The notes under the pieces were generated by a model, which saw only the letters and a list, made by a program, of their open reading frames with translations, was not told the origin of the DNA and did not search any database. From the NCBI GenBank assembly GCA_002717605.1, contig PBEE01000014.1, positions 1-39,349 on the forward strand: a stretch of 39,349 nucleotides of DNA, in the 5' to 3' direction. This stretch comes from Crocinitomicaceae bacterium. GTDB taxonomy: Bacteria > Bacteroidota > Bacteroidia > Flavobacteriales_D > Sanyastnellaceae. Each line of letters opens with the position of its first letter. Positions within the stretch are counted from its first letter, which is position 1. The translations under genes were made by a program, and so were the position numbers. Positions 1 through 10,143 of the stretch are shown piece by piece.

Positions 1-2424
1 GCCTGAAGGAAGGTCTACAACACTGATTTGTTCACCAACCACTGCACTTACGCGTTTTACACAGCGGCCAGAAGAATCGTAGATACTTATCGCATCAACC
101 TCAGCTTCTAAAGGCCAGTCTAGACTAATGAATGACGCAGCAGGTGAGGGGTAGATGGTGAAATCAAATTCTTGAGCAACATCGTCTATATTCAAAGAGA
201 TATCGCCATTTGCAAAAGTGTATTGGCCTTTTCTTAGGCTACTTACTTTAAATATTCCTGTTCCATTTGTCATTGCACCCGCTTGCCAGGTGTAATCAGG
301 ATATTGCTCCCATAAAGAATCGGAATCAGGTCTCCACGCTAGGAATCCATTTTCTTCCGTATTTCCGTATAAATCCCAATCTAATTCGTCAGAATCTACC
401 CCACTATAATTGAATCGTGCGTCTAAGGTTAGAGCGTCTGTTCCTTCAATTCCATCCTCCCAAGTTCCGTCTACAGTCCAAAAGTGAGACCCACTTACTT
501 CTTCAATATAAAAATCTAGAGGATCTTGATCGGGAGCAGCCCAATGGTGCTCTACACGAACAAGGACGCTGTCGGTAATAGCATCACAACCCATTCTCAT
601 ATCAACCCAAGGCATAGTGCTAATGCCAGTAGTTTCTGTAATTGCAACTGTCACATCAAGCCTACCCTGGTTTAGCCTTCCATCTGCGTTGAGGGCGATT
701 AATACAAAGGGGTCCTCGTGTTCAATAACAGCAACATCGTACTCGCCACTTAGCCTGAACTCTTCAAATGATGTATTCCAATCCTCGTCCCACAAATAAA
801 TTTCTATAGGTTCGTTGTTGTGGAAATCGCTGCAAGCGCGGAGCTTTTGGTTTAGGTAAACGGTGGTTTCAAAGCCACTAGCAGCATCTCCTTCGGTAGA
901 AGTAGAGTCAATAATCCAAGTAGAGAAACCCGGCTGGAAAACCTGAGCGTCAAAGAACGACTGGACATCCATTTCAGAATAATCTTCCAATGCTTCGATG
1001 AACATGTCGGGATCCATGTAAGAATCCCAATACTCAGACAGCACAGCTTGGCATGCGTTTCTATACATATCATCACCCAAATATGCCCTCAAGTTGTGAT
1101 GTATTGAAGCGCCTTTGTAGTATGTGTGCCTTCCATAAATTTCTTCGTCAGGTATAGGCGAAAGCGCATGGTGGCCATTGTCTTGTATGTGACATTCCTC
1201 AAGGACAAACTGCTGATTGTCCTTTATAAACTCAACCATAGCATCGTGGCCATTTTTCCATTCTTCAAAAAGAGTGTTAGTGTATTCCGCACCACCTTCC
1301 TTAAGCCACATGTGATTGTGAATGTATGGCGCAACAATATTTCCCCACCACTGATGGCCAAGCTCGTGAGTTAGGAGGTCACTATTAGAAGCAACAGGCT
1401 CACCTACCATGTATTTTGGGTAGGCAATATTTGTTGGGATTTCAAGGGCGCCTTCTGTCGTTAGAACGTACCCCACCCTTTCCCAAGCATAGGGCCCATA
1501 CCAGTACTCACAAGCATCAATGGCATAGCCCAAATCCTGAAACTTGTTTACCATTTGGTTTATGTCTTCAGGTTTAGCGGTTAGCCTGATGGGAATATCT
1601 CCATACTCACTAGTGTATACGTAATTGCTGTCAACGTAGTTTGAAACGGCAAAGGCCGCTTGGTGTGTTGTAATGGGATGCTCTAGGGTAAAGCTTCTCG
1701 TTAGGGTGTCGCCTTCTTCCAGGGTTTCGCCTAAGAATGTGCCTTGCAGATGTGCCTTGCGCCCTCCAGCAGATCGAACATTCCAAGTGTATGTAGCGCG
1801 TTCGACAAAATTGTCAAAACAAGGGTGCCAAACCTTCCCAAAATTTGGAGGAATCGTAGTAAGCCCAATCCCCATGTGATAGATATAGTTCGAAGCAAAA
1901 TACACGCCTCCCCAATACGGATCACCTTCGGGATTCCCAGAGTAGTATATGTCTATTTCGTACGAATCGCCCTCATTGAAAACTCCGTTTGGAGCGTCAA
2001 GCCAAACCTCACCACCAACGTGATTAAAAGAAGATTCAACACCGTCAATCAAAACAGAATCAACGGTCATTTCAATAAGATCAAACCTTACAGACTCTGC
2101 ACCGCTTTCAATGACGTTCAATTCAATTCCACAATGAGCTTTCATGTATTGATTTGTGTATTGAGTAACGTCTAAATCGACATTGTAATGAACGATGTCA
2201 AACGTATCGCTACGGGCTATAGAAGGCTCCATGTCGTAGTTCTGCATTACTTTCTTGCCAAAGTGCTCATGTCCCGGCAAATCAGTGTACTTACACCCAA
2301 TGGGTTTGTAAACACGTGGTTTAGAGGTGTAATCCTTTAAATTTTTGTGAAGGGTTTGGGCTGGAGAGAAAGAAAAAGCCCCTGATATGATAAAAAACAG
2401 GAAAGCGAGCGTAATTCGTTGCAT
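1..2424 (-). CDS. M1-family zinc aminopeptidase with T9SS type A C-terminal sorting domain. The 3' end runs off the left window edge; 808 codons are visible.
   Basis: Absent from the supplied ORF track because no stop codon lies in the window. My reverse-strand translation from the ATG at 2422-2424 stays open to nt 1. Signal peptide MQRITLAFLFFIISGAFSFSPAQ. Gluzincin motif HELGH (1354-1368) followed by x18-E. The C-terminal sequence ...FTIYPSPAASFISLDWPLEAEVDAISIYDSSGRCVKRVSAVVGEQISVVDLPSG looks like a Por_Secre_tail (TIGR04183-type) CTD. Confidence 0.85.
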   Translation of the reverse strand, partial: MQRITLAFLFFIISGAFSFSPAQTLHKNLKDYTSKPRVYKPIGCKYTDLPGHEHFGKKVMQNYDMEPSIARSDTFDIVHYNVDLDVTQYTNQYMKAHCGIELNVIESGAESVRFDLIEMTVDSVLIDGVESSFNHVGGEVWLDAPNGVFNEGDSYEIDIYYSGNPEGDPYWGGVYFASNYIYHMGIGLTTIPPNFGKVWHPCFDNFVERATYTWNVRSAGGRKAHLQGTFLGETLEEGDTLTRSFTLEHPITTHQAAFAVSNYVDSNYVYTSEYGDIPIRLTAKPEDINQMVNKFQDLGYAIDACEYWYGPYAWERVGYVLTTEGALEIPTNIAYPKYMVGEPVASNSDLLTHELGHQWWGNIVAPYIHNHMWLKEGGAEYTNTLFEEWKNGHDAMVEFIKDNQQFVLEECHIQDNGHHALSPIPDEEIYGRHTYYKGASIHHNLRAYLGDDMYRNACQAVLSEYWDSYMDPDMFIEALEDYSEMDVQSFFDAQVFQPGFSTWIIDSTSTEGDAASGFETTVYLNQKLRACSDFHNNEPIEIYLWDEDWNTSFEEFRLSGEYDVAVIEHEDPFVLIALNADGRLNQGRLDVTVAITETTGISTMPWVDMRMGCDAITDSVLVRVEHHWAAPDQDPLDFYIEEVSGSHFWTVDGTWEDGIEGTDALTLDARFNYSGVDSDELDWDLYGNTEENGFLAWRPDSDSLWEQYPDYTWQAGAMTNGTGIFKVSSLRKGQYTFANGDISLNIDDVAQEFDFTIYPSPAASFISLDWPLEAEVDAISIYDSSGRCVKRVSAVVGEQISVVDLPSG

Positions 2425-2453
2425 ACGCACAAAGTACAACGGACATTTGCAGT

Positions 2454-2918
2454 ATGAAAAATTTATCTGTTGCTGACGGCCTTTTTGTAGAAATTGAATA
2501 CGTTCTAACTGAAGAAAGCCCGGACGGCGAGGTGCTTGAGGAGTGCCCAGCGGAACAAGCATTTGGATTTAAGATGGGTGCAGGCGAGGTGCTTCCAGCA
2601 TTCGAAAAAGCACTGCTAGGTAAAAAAACAGGGGAACCGTTTAGCTTTACTATTCCATGTGCTGAAGCATATGGAGAAACTACGACAGAGGCTATCCACA
2701 CACTACCAAAGAGCATCTTCGAGGTTGACGGAAAATTTGATGCAGAGGCAGTTCAGCCAGGAGAGGTTTTGCCCATGAAGGATGACGAGGGTAATGAATT
2801 GTTTGGGATTGTTCTAGACGTAAGCGACACAGAGGTTGAGATGGACTTTAATCACCCATTTGTTGACATAGACCTTCACTTTGAAGGGACCGTTTGCGAC
2901 ATAAGAGAAGAGGAATAA
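2454..2918 (+). CDS. slyD: FKBP-type peptidyl-prolyl cis-trans isomerase, SlyD-like
   Basis: 154 aa. Motifs FKMGAGEVLPAFEKALLGKKTGE and MDFNHPFVDIDLHFEGTVCDIRE are typical of short SlyD/FkpB-type FKBPs. The stop directly abuts the thiL ATG. Confidence 0.8.
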   Translation: MKNLSVADGLFVEIEYVLTEESPDGEVLEECPAEQAFGFKMGAGEVLPAFEKALLGKKTGEPFSFTIPCAEAYGETTTEAIHTLPKSIFEVDGKFDAEAVQPGEVLPMKDDEGNELFGIVLDVSDTEVEMDFNHPFVDIDLHFEGTVCDIREEE

Positions 2919-3950
2919 ATGGAAAGAACTGAGATACAGGACTTAGGTGAGTTTGGCCTAATTGGAAGGCTTACAGAAGGTATTCAAAAGAGACAGCCCT
3001 CAACTCTTTTAGGAGTTGGTGACGACGCAGCAGTTATTGACCCGCTTGGGAAAAGGGTAGTGGTTTCTACAGACCTGCTTGTTGAGGGCGTTCATTTCGA
3101 TTTGAGCTATGTGCCTTTAAAGCACCTGGGCTACAAAGCTGTTATTGCGAATTTGAGCGATATATGCGCTATGAATTCTCTCCCAACCCAAATCGTAGTA
3201 GGACTAGGAATATCAAACAGATTCTCTGTTGAAGCCCTTGAAGAACTCTACAGCGGGATGAAGCTAGCGTGTGAACTCTACGAAGTAGACCTTGTAGGAG
3301 GAGATACAACCTCATCACCGTCAGGACTAACCCTAAGCATTACGGCAATAGGGCTTGCTGATGCAGAAAAGCTCGTTTCAAGAAGTGGAGCAAACGCAGG
3401 AGACCTACTCGTTGTATCAGGAGATTTGGGATCGGCGTACATGGGGCTACAGGTTCTTGAAAGGGAGAAGTCGGTGTTCAAGGACGCTCCGTCTATTCAG
3501 CCTGAGCTAGACGACCACGCCTATATTTTAGAGCGCCAACTAAAGCCTGAGGCAAGAACAGACATTGTTAGAGAACTGAGCGACCTTGAGGTGAAGCCAA
3601 CGAGCATGATAGACGTTAGTGATGGTTTGGCCTCAGAGTGTATGCATTTAATGGCTGCAAGTGGGCTAGGAGTAAGGCTCTATGAGGATAAATTTCCCAT
3701 CGACCCCAAAACCTATGATACAGCAAGAGAGTTTAACTTAGACCCAACGGTTTGCATGCTTAGTGGAGGAGAGGATTATGAACTTCTGTTTACAATCAGC
3801 CCTGACGATTATGAAAAGCTTCGCAACCACCCAAAATTATCATTCATCGGTCACATGACGGAAAATCCAGACGAAAGGATTATGGTTACAAAGAGTGGAA
3901 CAGACGTAGAACTTAAAGCCCAAGGATGGGACGGCATTAAACAAGGATAA
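2919..3950 (+). CDS. thiL: Thiamine-monophosphate kinase
   Basis: 343 aa. AIR-synthase-like fold motifs: GEFGLIGRL, GDDAAV, LLVEGVHFD, GGDTTSS, GGEDYELLFT. Confidence 0.9.
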   Translation: MERTEIQDLGEFGLIGRLTEGIQKRQPSTLLGVGDDAAVIDPLGKRVVVSTDLLVEGVHFDLSYVPLKHLGYKAVIANLSDICAMNSLPTQIVVGLGISNRFSVEALEELYSGMKLACELYEVDLVGGDTTSSPSGLTLSITAIGLADAEKLVSRSGANAGDLLVVSGDLGSAYMGLQVLEREKSVFKDAPSIQPELDDHAYILERQLKPEARTDIVRELSDLEVKPTSMIDVSDGLASECMHLMAASGLGVRLYEDKFPIDPKTYDTAREFNLDPTVCMLSGGEDYELLFTISPDDYEKLRNHPKLSFIGHMTENPDERIMVTKSGTDVELKAQGWDGIKQG

Positions 3951-4921
3951 TGGCTGCAGACGTAAACCAAACCAATCGAATCACTGAACTTTTTGGCATT
4001 AAGTATCCCCTTGTGCAGGGGGGCATGGTATGGTGCGCAGGCTGGGAGCTAGCTTCAGCAGTAAGTAACGCAGGTGGGCTTGGAATAATAGGCTCTGGGA
4101 GCATGTACCCAGACATCTTGGACGAACACATCGCTAAGTGTAAGGCCGCAACAAACAAGCCCTTTGCTGTTAATCTTCCGCTTTTATACCCGGACATAGA
4201 CAAGCACATTGCAAACATTATCAAGCACGAAGTTCCAATTGTTTTCACAAGCGCAGGGTCTCCAAAAAAGTGGACGTCAACGCTAAAAGAACACGGAATC
4301 AAGGTGGTTCACGTAGTGAGTAGCGCAATGTTCGCTGCAAAATCAGAAGCTGCAGGAGTAGACGCTGTAGTTTGTGAAGGATTTGAAGCAGGAGGGCACA
4401 ACGGAAGGGACGAGACAACGACGATGTGTCTGATTCCCGCAGTAGTTGATGCGGTAAATATTCCCGTTATCGCTGCAGGAGGACTTCACGACGGAAAATC
4501 GATGCTTGCAGCAATGGTGCTAGGAGCTGAGGGAGTTCAAATGGGCTCGAGATTTGTAGTAACTCAAGAATCTTCGGCACACATTGACTTTAAAAACACA
4601 GTAGTTGGATTAGATGAGGGAGCAACAACTCTCACTTTAAAAGAACTAACTCCTGTAAGAATGATTCACAACGAATTTTACCAAAAGGTAGTTGAGGCTT
4701 ACAAGGCCAAAGCAACAACAGAGGAACTTGCAGACTTACTCGGCAGAGGCCGATCTAAAAAGGGAATGTTTGAAGGAGACCTTTCAGAAGGCGAGCTTGA
4801 GATAGGGCAAATATCATCCATGCTCAATGAGATTAAACCAGCAAACGAAGTAGTCCAAAACATTATTGAAGGCTATAAAGCCGCAGGAGGAATGAAGCTT
4901 GGCAAACGCTTTGAATTTTAA
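3950..4921 (+). CDS. NAD(P)H-dependent flavin oxidoreductase, nitronate monooxygenase / FabK-like family
   Basis: 323 aa. Motifs YPLVQGGMVWCAGWELASAVSNAGGLGIIGSG, VVCEGFEAGGHNG and IAAGGLHDG are typical of the NMO (2-nitropropane dioxygenase) TIM-barrel family. TAATG overlap with the thiL stop. Confidence 0.8.
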   Translation: MAADVNQTNRITELFGIKYPLVQGGMVWCAGWELASAVSNAGGLGIIGSGSMYPDILDEHIAKCKAATNKPFAVNLPLLYPDIDKHIANIIKHEVPIVFTSAGSPKKWTSTLKEHGIKVVHVVSSAMFAAKSEAAGVDAVVCEGFEAGGHNGRDETTTMCLIPAVVDAVNIPVIAAGGLHDGKSMLAAMVLGAEGVQMGSRFVVTQESSAHIDFKNTVVGLDEGATTLTLKELTPVRMIHNEFYQKVVEAYKAKATTEELADLLGRGRSKKGMFEGDLSEGELEIGQISSMLNEIKPANEVVQNIIEGYKAAGGMKLGKRFEF

Positions 4922-6720
4922 TTAAAGTAGTCTAAGATACTTTTTGCCGCTTTTGAGTTTACGACCTTTTTAAGGTCTTTAGCGCTTGCTTCTCTAACCC
5001 CCTTTACAGACCCAAATACGTCAAGCAATTTTTGTATGCTTGCCTCCCCAACGCCCTTGATATTATCCAATTCTGACCCTAAAGCCCCCTTGCTTCGTTT
5101 GTTCCTGTGATGTTTTAACGAGAAACGGTGGGCTTCATTTCTCATCTGTTGAATCACCTTTAGTGTTTCAGATCTTTTGTCTAAATACAATGGAGCTGAG
5201 TCACCGGGGAAGTACAATTCCTCAAGTCTTTTAGCTATCCCAACAACTTTAATCTCTCCATCGAGACCCAATTCTTCAAGGGCCTCCATTGCATGTGAGA
5301 TTTGGCCTTTTCCTCCATCAATAATCAAAAGTTGAGGCAAAGAATCACCCTCTTCTGCCAGCCTTCTATACCTTCTGTATACCGCCTCCTTCATACTTGC
5401 AAAATCATCTGGCCCCTCTACCGATTTGATATTAAAATGCCTGTAATCTCTCTTTGCAGGCTTGCAATTTTTAAAAACAACGCAAGCCGACGTTGGGTTT
5501 GTCCCCTGAATATTTGAATTATCAAAACACTCTATATGCCTTGGGTACTCTTTTAAGCCCAAATCTCCCTTCATCGTTTCCAGCAGCCTCATCACAGCAG
5601 CCTCAGGATCGACCTGCTCTTGCTGCTTATGCCTGTCCTTCATAAAGAACAAGACATTTTTCTCGGACATTTCTAATAACCTCTTTTTATCCCCCTTTTT
5701 GGGCACGACACCCCTAAGACCCTCCTCTAAGCCCAAATCAAACGGAAGAATTAGCTCCTTACTCTTACTTCTAAAAACCTCACGAATTAGAGGAATAGCA
5801 GACTGAAGAACCTCCTCATCACCTTCTGCAACCTGCTTTTTTATTTCGAAGGTTTGGCCTCTTACAATCGAACCGCTTACTATATTCATGCAGTTGACAT
5901 ATGCACTTGTACTGTCACTAATAATAGAAAAGACATCTACATTCGTAATAGTTGGATTAACCACCGTGCTCTTTGCTTGGTATTTTTCTAGAGACTTTAG
6001 TTTAGATTTAATCAAGTCTGCTTTTTCAAAGGCCAAACTCTCAGCAGCATCTTTCATTCTTTTCTTAAGCTCTTCCTTGACCTCAGATAAATTCCCCTTA
6101 AGCACATGTCTTATTGAAGCTATGCTGTTATCGTAATCTGATTTTTCTTGCTTTCCAACACAAGGACCCAAACAATTCCCAACGTGATACTCCAAACACA
6201 CCCGGAACTTCCCGCTTTGTATGTTTTTATCACTTAATTTCAGTGAACACGACCTTATTGGATATAGTTTCTTGCACAAGTCAAGAAGAGTATACATACT
6301 TCTTTTACTTGTAAATGGGCCAAAATATTCACCCCCGTTTTTTGAGGTTTGCCGCGTTGAAACCACCCTTGGAAAATCCTCGTTTTTTATGACCAAAAAC
6401 GGGAAAGTCTTATCGTCCTTTAAAAGGATATTATAGGTAGGTTTATGCTTTTTAATTAGAGTGTTTTCAAGCAGGAGTGCGTCTTGTTCAGTGTGAGTTA
6501 CTATCCACTCGACATCTTCTATTTTCCTTACAAGTGTTTTAGTTTTTTTATTGTCGTATGATTTGCGATTAAAGTAGCTGCTTACTCTCTTCTTTAGGTT
6601 TTTGGCCTTTCCAACATAAAGAAGCTCACCCTTAGAATCGAAATGTTTGTATACGCCTGGCTCTTGTGGCAGGCGCTTTAACAATTTAGCTATGTGGTCA
6701 GAGGGCTTCACAACGATCAA
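4918..6720 (-). CDS. uvrC: Excinuclease ABC subunit C
   Basis: 600 aa. N-terminal GIY-YIG motif (GVYKHFDSKGELLYVGKAKNLKKRVSSY), a UVR domain region, and a C-terminal endonuclease plus HhH region (GVGEASIQKLLDVFGSVKGV). Confidence 0.93.
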   Translation of the reverse strand: MIVVKPSDHIAKLLKRLPQEPGVYKHFDSKGELLYVGKAKNLKKRVSSYFNRKSYDNKKTKTLVRKIEDVEWIVTHTEQDALLLENTLIKKHKPTYNILLKDDKTFPFLVIKNEDFPRVVSTRQTSKNGGEYFGPFTSKRSMYTLLDLCKKLYPIRSCSLKLSDKNIQSGKFRVCLEYHVGNCLGPCVGKQEKSDYDNSIASIRHVLKGNLSEVKEELKKRMKDAAESLAFEKADLIKSKLKSLEKYQAKSTVVNPTITNVDVFSIISDSTSAYVNCMNIVSGSIVRGQTFEIKKQVAEGDEEVLQSAIPLIREVFRSKSKELILPFDLGLEEGLRGVVPKKGDKKRLLEMSEKNVLFFMKDRHKQQEQVDPEAAVMRLLETMKGDLGLKEYPRHIECFDNSNIQGTNPTSACVVFKNCKPAKRDYRHFNIKSVEGPDDFASMKEAVYRRYRRLAEEGDSLPQLLIIDGGKGQISHAMEALEELGLDGEIKVVGIAKRLEELYFPGDSAPLYLDKRSETLKVIQQMRNEAHRFSLKHHRNKRSKGALGSELDNIKGVGEASIQKLLDVFGSVKGVREASAKDLKKVVNSKAAKSILDYFN

Positions 6721-6739
6721 AGATAGCTACCTTTGGAGC

Positions 6740-7738
6740 ATGGATTTTGTTACCGGTGGAACAGGTATTGTAGGGAGAGAATTATTAGCCCAACTTTTGT
6801 CTAAAGGCGGTTCTGTTAAGGCGTTAAGAAGAGAAGGCTCCGATGTTGAATCTGTAGAGAGGTTTATACGCACCCAAGGCATTTCTACTGACAAACTTGA
6901 ATGGGTGTACGGTGACACAAGTGATTATGACGAAATGGAATTAGCGCTCACCGGTTGTGATAGAGTGTTTCATTTAGCCGCGCTAGTTAGCTTTCATCCT
7001 TCTGACGAGCCAAACTTAATGGGCATCAATCAAGGTGGAACAGAAAACGTAGTAAATGTCATGCTAATTGCCGGCATTAGAAAGCTAGTTTACCTTAGTT
7101 CAGTTGCAGCATTAGGCCATTCTACAAAGAGCTCTATTACAGAAGAAACTCCATTTGAAGAGGGCCCTTTTGATAACGAATATGCAAGGAGCAAATATGC
7201 CTCTGAATTGGAAGTTTGGCGAGGACAAGAAGAAGGACTAGACGTTCTCATTGTAAATCCAACCATCATAATTGGCGAGGGTGATTTTTCAAGATCTTCC
7301 GGAGAACTCTTCTCACAAACGGCAAAGGGCTTGCCTGTACACTCAGCGGGCTCTAATGGTTTCGTGTCTGCTAGGGATGTTGCTTCGGCTTGTTTGGCCT
7401 TGGCAGAAAGAGGAGCTTGGGGGCAAAGATTTTTATTGAATGGAGCCAACTTGAGCTATAAGGATGTCATGACTAAAATTGCCAAATCAGTTAACGCCGC
7501 TCCTCCAACCAAGGTTGTCAAAGGGTGGATGATCAACCTGGTAGTCTTCATTTTTAAATTCTTGGAGATTGTAACTGGAAGAAAATCGCTTGCGAATAAA
7601 ACAAGCATGCTCATGGCTCAACTAGACACCAAATACGATGGCTCTAAGATTTTAAATACTATAGACAATTGGTCCTACGAGGACATTGACACAGCAATTA
7701 AAAGAACGGGCAAGGCCTATTTAGATTCTCTTCAATGA
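6740..7738 (+). CDS. NAD-dependent epimerase/dehydratase family (extended SDR) protein
   Basis: Rossmann motif FVTGGTGIVGREL directly after the Met at 6740, and catalytic YxxxK (EYARSKY). I prefer the ATG at 6740 to the track start at 6647, which would overlap uvrC by 74 nt with non-homologous residues. Confidence 0.8.
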   Translation: MDFVTGGTGIVGRELLAQLLSKGGSVKALRREGSDVESVERFIRTQGISTDKLEWVYGDTSDYDEMELALTGCDRVFHLAALVSFHPSDEPNLMGINQGGTENVVNVMLIAGIRKLVYLSSVAALGHSTKSSITEETPFEEGPFDNEYARSKYASELEVWRGQEEGLDVLIVNPTIIIGEGDFSRSSGELFSQTAKGLPVHSAGSNGFVSARDVASACLALAERGAWGQRFLLNGANLSYKDVMTKIAKSVNAAPPTKVVKGWMINLVVFIFKFLEIVTGRKSLANKTSMLMAQLDTKYDGSKILNTIDNWSYEDIDTAIKRTGKAYLDSLQ

Positions 7739-8112
7739 GAGGCGCCCTGATCAAGTTTGTTTAACCTTTCGGTTACTTCTTGTAGCACTGATTTCATGGC
7801 TGCTGGGTGTTCCCACCACCAAGTGTATGACTCTTTAAACTCTTCAGCAGTAACTCTGTGATTTGCAAATATTGCAGAGTAGTTTTCCAACAAGACATCT
7901 TCACTTATTTCTGGAACGAGGACCCTCGTTTTGTGAGCAGCCTCAGCAATGTGAATGTCTGCTAACAAGGCAACGAGTTGCTCTTTTTGAATCAACCCCG
8001 AATCTTCAGAAGGCGAAGCCAAAGGATTGTCCCTTGAATCGGTAGAGCACCCTACTAGGAATAATATCGCATAAAGCGTTTTAACGATTGAATTCAAGCC
8101 TTTCGCCTGCAT
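7732..8112 (-). CDS. DUF4296-like lipoprotein
   Basis: 126 aa. Lipobox LFLVGCS. LIQKEQLVALLADIHIAEAA resembles DUF4296, which is commonly found downstream of pyrC in Flavobacteriia. Overlaps the pyrC 3' end by 32 nt. Confidence 0.65.
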   Translation of the reverse strand: MQAKGLNSIVKTLYAILFLVGCSTDSRDNPLASPSEDSGLIQKEQLVALLADIHIAEAAHKTRVLVPEISEDVLLENYSAIFANHRVTAEEFKESYTWWWEHPAAMKSVLQEVTERLNKLDQGASH

Positions 8113-9427
8113 GATTTCCTTCTTCAGTTAAAATATTTACTCCATCCCAAACCCTAACACCATTTACCCAAGTGCCAGTTACGTGAGACTTAAACTCATA
8201 TCCAGTAAAAGGAGACCATCCACATTTGTATAGAATATTTTCCCCTGTTACAGTCCAATTTGCATCGGGGTTTACAAGAACTAAATCTGCTTTATATCCT
8301 TCTCTGATATAGCCTCTGTCTTTTATTTCGAATAGCTCAGCAACTCTGTGACACATTAGGTCGATTACCTTTTCTATTTCGATTTCACCTTGGTGTACAA
8401 GCTCTAGCATTGCAGGCAACCCATGTTGTACAAGCGGCCCTCCTGATGGAGCTTTGAAATATGAGCGACTCTTTTCTTCAACGGTGTGTGGTGCGTGGTC
8501 CGTAGCAATCACATCAATCCTTCCATCTTGCAAAGCAGCTCTAAGAGCATTTCTGTCATCTTCAGACTTTACAGCAGGATTCCACTTAATGTAAGTTCCT
8601 TTATCTGCATAATCTGCGTCAGTAAACCACAGGTGGTGTATACAAGCTTCAGAAGTAATCTTTTTTTCCTTTAGGGGAATATTGCCGTCAAATAGCTCTA
8701 ACTCTCGAGCAGTTGATATATGTAATATGTGCAACCTCGCTCCATGCTTTGTGGCAAGCTCTATAGCTTTCGATGAGCTCTGATAGCAAGCTTCAGCAGA
8801 ACGAATAAATGGATGTTGACCTATTGGCACCCTCTCGCCCCAACGCTCCTTTGCTGCAGCCATGTTTGCCCTTACAACAGCTTCTTCTTCGCAGTGAGTT
8901 GCAACAATTGTGGGGCTTTCTTTAAAAATACCTTCAAGAATTTTTCTCTCATCTACAAGCATATCACCAGTAGATGATCCCATAAAAACCTTAACTCCAC
9001 AAACTCTTTTTGGATCTGTTTTTAGAACCTCATTTAAATTATTGTTGCTTGCACCCATAAAGAAGCTATAATTCACTGCACTAACCTCAGCAGCTCTCTC
9101 ATATTTATCTTGTAAAAGCTGTTGAGTTAAAGCTTGAGGAACAGTGTTAGGCATTTCCATAAACGATGTGACTCCTCCAGCAGCAGCAGCTTTAGATTCG
9201 GTCTTAAGGTCAGCTTTGTGTGTTAGGCCCGGCTCTCTAAAGTGTACTTGATCGTCGATGATTCCAGGCATAAGCCAAAGTCCAGTAGCATCGATTGACT
9301 CAGTGGCTTCTACGTCTAACCCCTTTCCAATTTTAGCAATACTGTCCCCAACGATTAAGACGTCACTAACGGTTACGGTACCTTCATTCACTACGTGAGC
9401 ATTTCTTATCAATGTTGATATTGACAT
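8081..9427 (-). CDS. pyrC: Dihydroorotase (long, allantoinase-like class)
   Basis: 448 aa. Amidohydrolase metal ligands DDQVHFREPG, VKVFMGSSTG, ATHCEEE and ATDHAPH. Confidence 0.9.
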   Translation of the reverse strand: MSISTLIRNAHVVNEGTVTVSDVLIVGDSIAKIGKGLDVEATESIDATGLWLMPGIIDDQVHFREPGLTHKADLKTESKAAAAGGVTSFMEMPNTVPQALTQQLLQDKYERAAEVSAVNYSFFMGASNNNLNEVLKTDPKRVCGVKVFMGSSTGDMLVDERKILEGIFKESPTIVATHCEEEAVVRANMAAAKERWGERVPIGQHPFIRSAEACYQSSSKAIELATKHGARLHILHISTARELELFDGNIPLKEKKITSEACIHHLWFTDADYADKGTYIKWNPAVKSEDDRNALRAALQDGRIDVIATDHAPHTVEEKSRSYFKAPSGGPLVQHGLPAMLELVHQGEIEIEKVIDLMCHRVAELFEIKDRGYIREGYKADLVLVNPDANWTVTGENILYKCGWSPFTGYEFKSHVTGTWVNGVRVWDGVNILTEEGNHAGERLEFNR

Positions 9428-9432
9428 ACTTC

Positions 9433-10143
9433 TTATTTTAGAAATCGAATTTTAATTACACCCAGAAAAGCTTCATTAAAGATATCTAAACTCATCTTAG
9501 ATGTGCCTAAAACTCTATCACGAAAACTAATAGGAACCTCTGCTATTTTATAACCAAGTCTCTTTGCTCGGAATTTCATTTCTATTTGGAACGCATATCC
9601 AATAAATCTTACTGCGTCTAAGTCTATCGCTTCTAAAACCTCTCTTTTATATGCTACAAATCCAGCAGTGCTGTCTCGAACTCCAAGCCGAAGAATTAAA
9701 TTCACATAAATTGATGCTCCTCGACTAATAAGCCTTCTCAAAAAAGGCCAGTTTACAATGCCGCCACCTTTTACATATCTAGATCCTACAGTAACCCCGA
9801 ACCCACCTTCAGCACATGGTATTCGCAATCTAACAAGGTCGTTTGGGTCGTGAGAGAAGTCACAATCCATCTCAAAAACATATTCGTAAGATCTGCTAAG
9901 AGCCCATTTAAACCCAGCTATATAAGCAGTACCTAAACCTAGCTTCCCTCTTCTTTTAAGAAGGTGAATCCTTTCAGGATAATCCCCTGCAACTTCCTGA
10001 ACAAGCTGTGCAGTTCCATCTGGCGAACCATCATCAACGACAAGAACGTCAAAAGGAAACTCAAGACCCATTATGGCTTCAAGCATTTTAACAACGTTTT
10101 CTTTTTCGTTGTAGGTAGGAATTATTACCAGGCTGTCATTCAT
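9433..10143 (-). CDS. GT2 polyprenol/dolichol-phosphate mannose synthase-like glycosyltransferase
   Basis: Motifs VIIPTYNEKENV and VVDDGSPDGT, plus MDCDFSHDP (the DXD region). I use the internal Met (MNDSLVII) at 10141-10143, which shares one nt with the upstream gene's stop (TGATG). The track start at 10227 would overlap that gene by 85 nt. Confidence 0.8.
   Translation of the reverse strand: MNDSLVIIPTYNEKENVVKMLEAIMGLEFPFDVLVVDDGSPDGTAQLVQEVAGDYPERIHLLKRRGKLGLGTAYIAGFKWALSRSYEYVFEMDCDFSHDPNDLVRLRIPCAEGGFGVTVGSRYVKGGGIVNWPFLRRLISRGASIYVNLILRLGVRDSTAGFVAYKREVLEAIDLDAVRFIGYAFQIEMKFRAKRLGYKIAEVPISFRDRVLGTSKMSLDIFNEAFLGVIKIRFLK

Noticed and set aside
617-2175. Track ORFs 617..799(+), 852..1076(-), 1126..1374(+), 1673..1879(+), 1731..1925(-) and 1744..2175(+), considered as possible small genes
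   Set aside because: All lie inside or antisense to the continuous 808-codon minus-strand M1 peptidase frame. Their translations are low-complexity with no recognisable motifs. They are shadow ORFs.
2321-2716. 131-aa minus-strand ORF spanning the peptidase/slyD divergent region
   Set aside because: It overlaps the well-supported slyD-like CDS in antisense and the peptidase N-terminus out of frame. It has no family resemblance.
6647-6739. Upstream extension of the epimerase ORF (track start at 6647)
   Set aside because: It would overlap uvrC by 74 nt. The extra 31 residues precede the Rossmann GxxGxxG motif, which normally sits at the extreme N-terminus. The ATG at 6740 is preferred.
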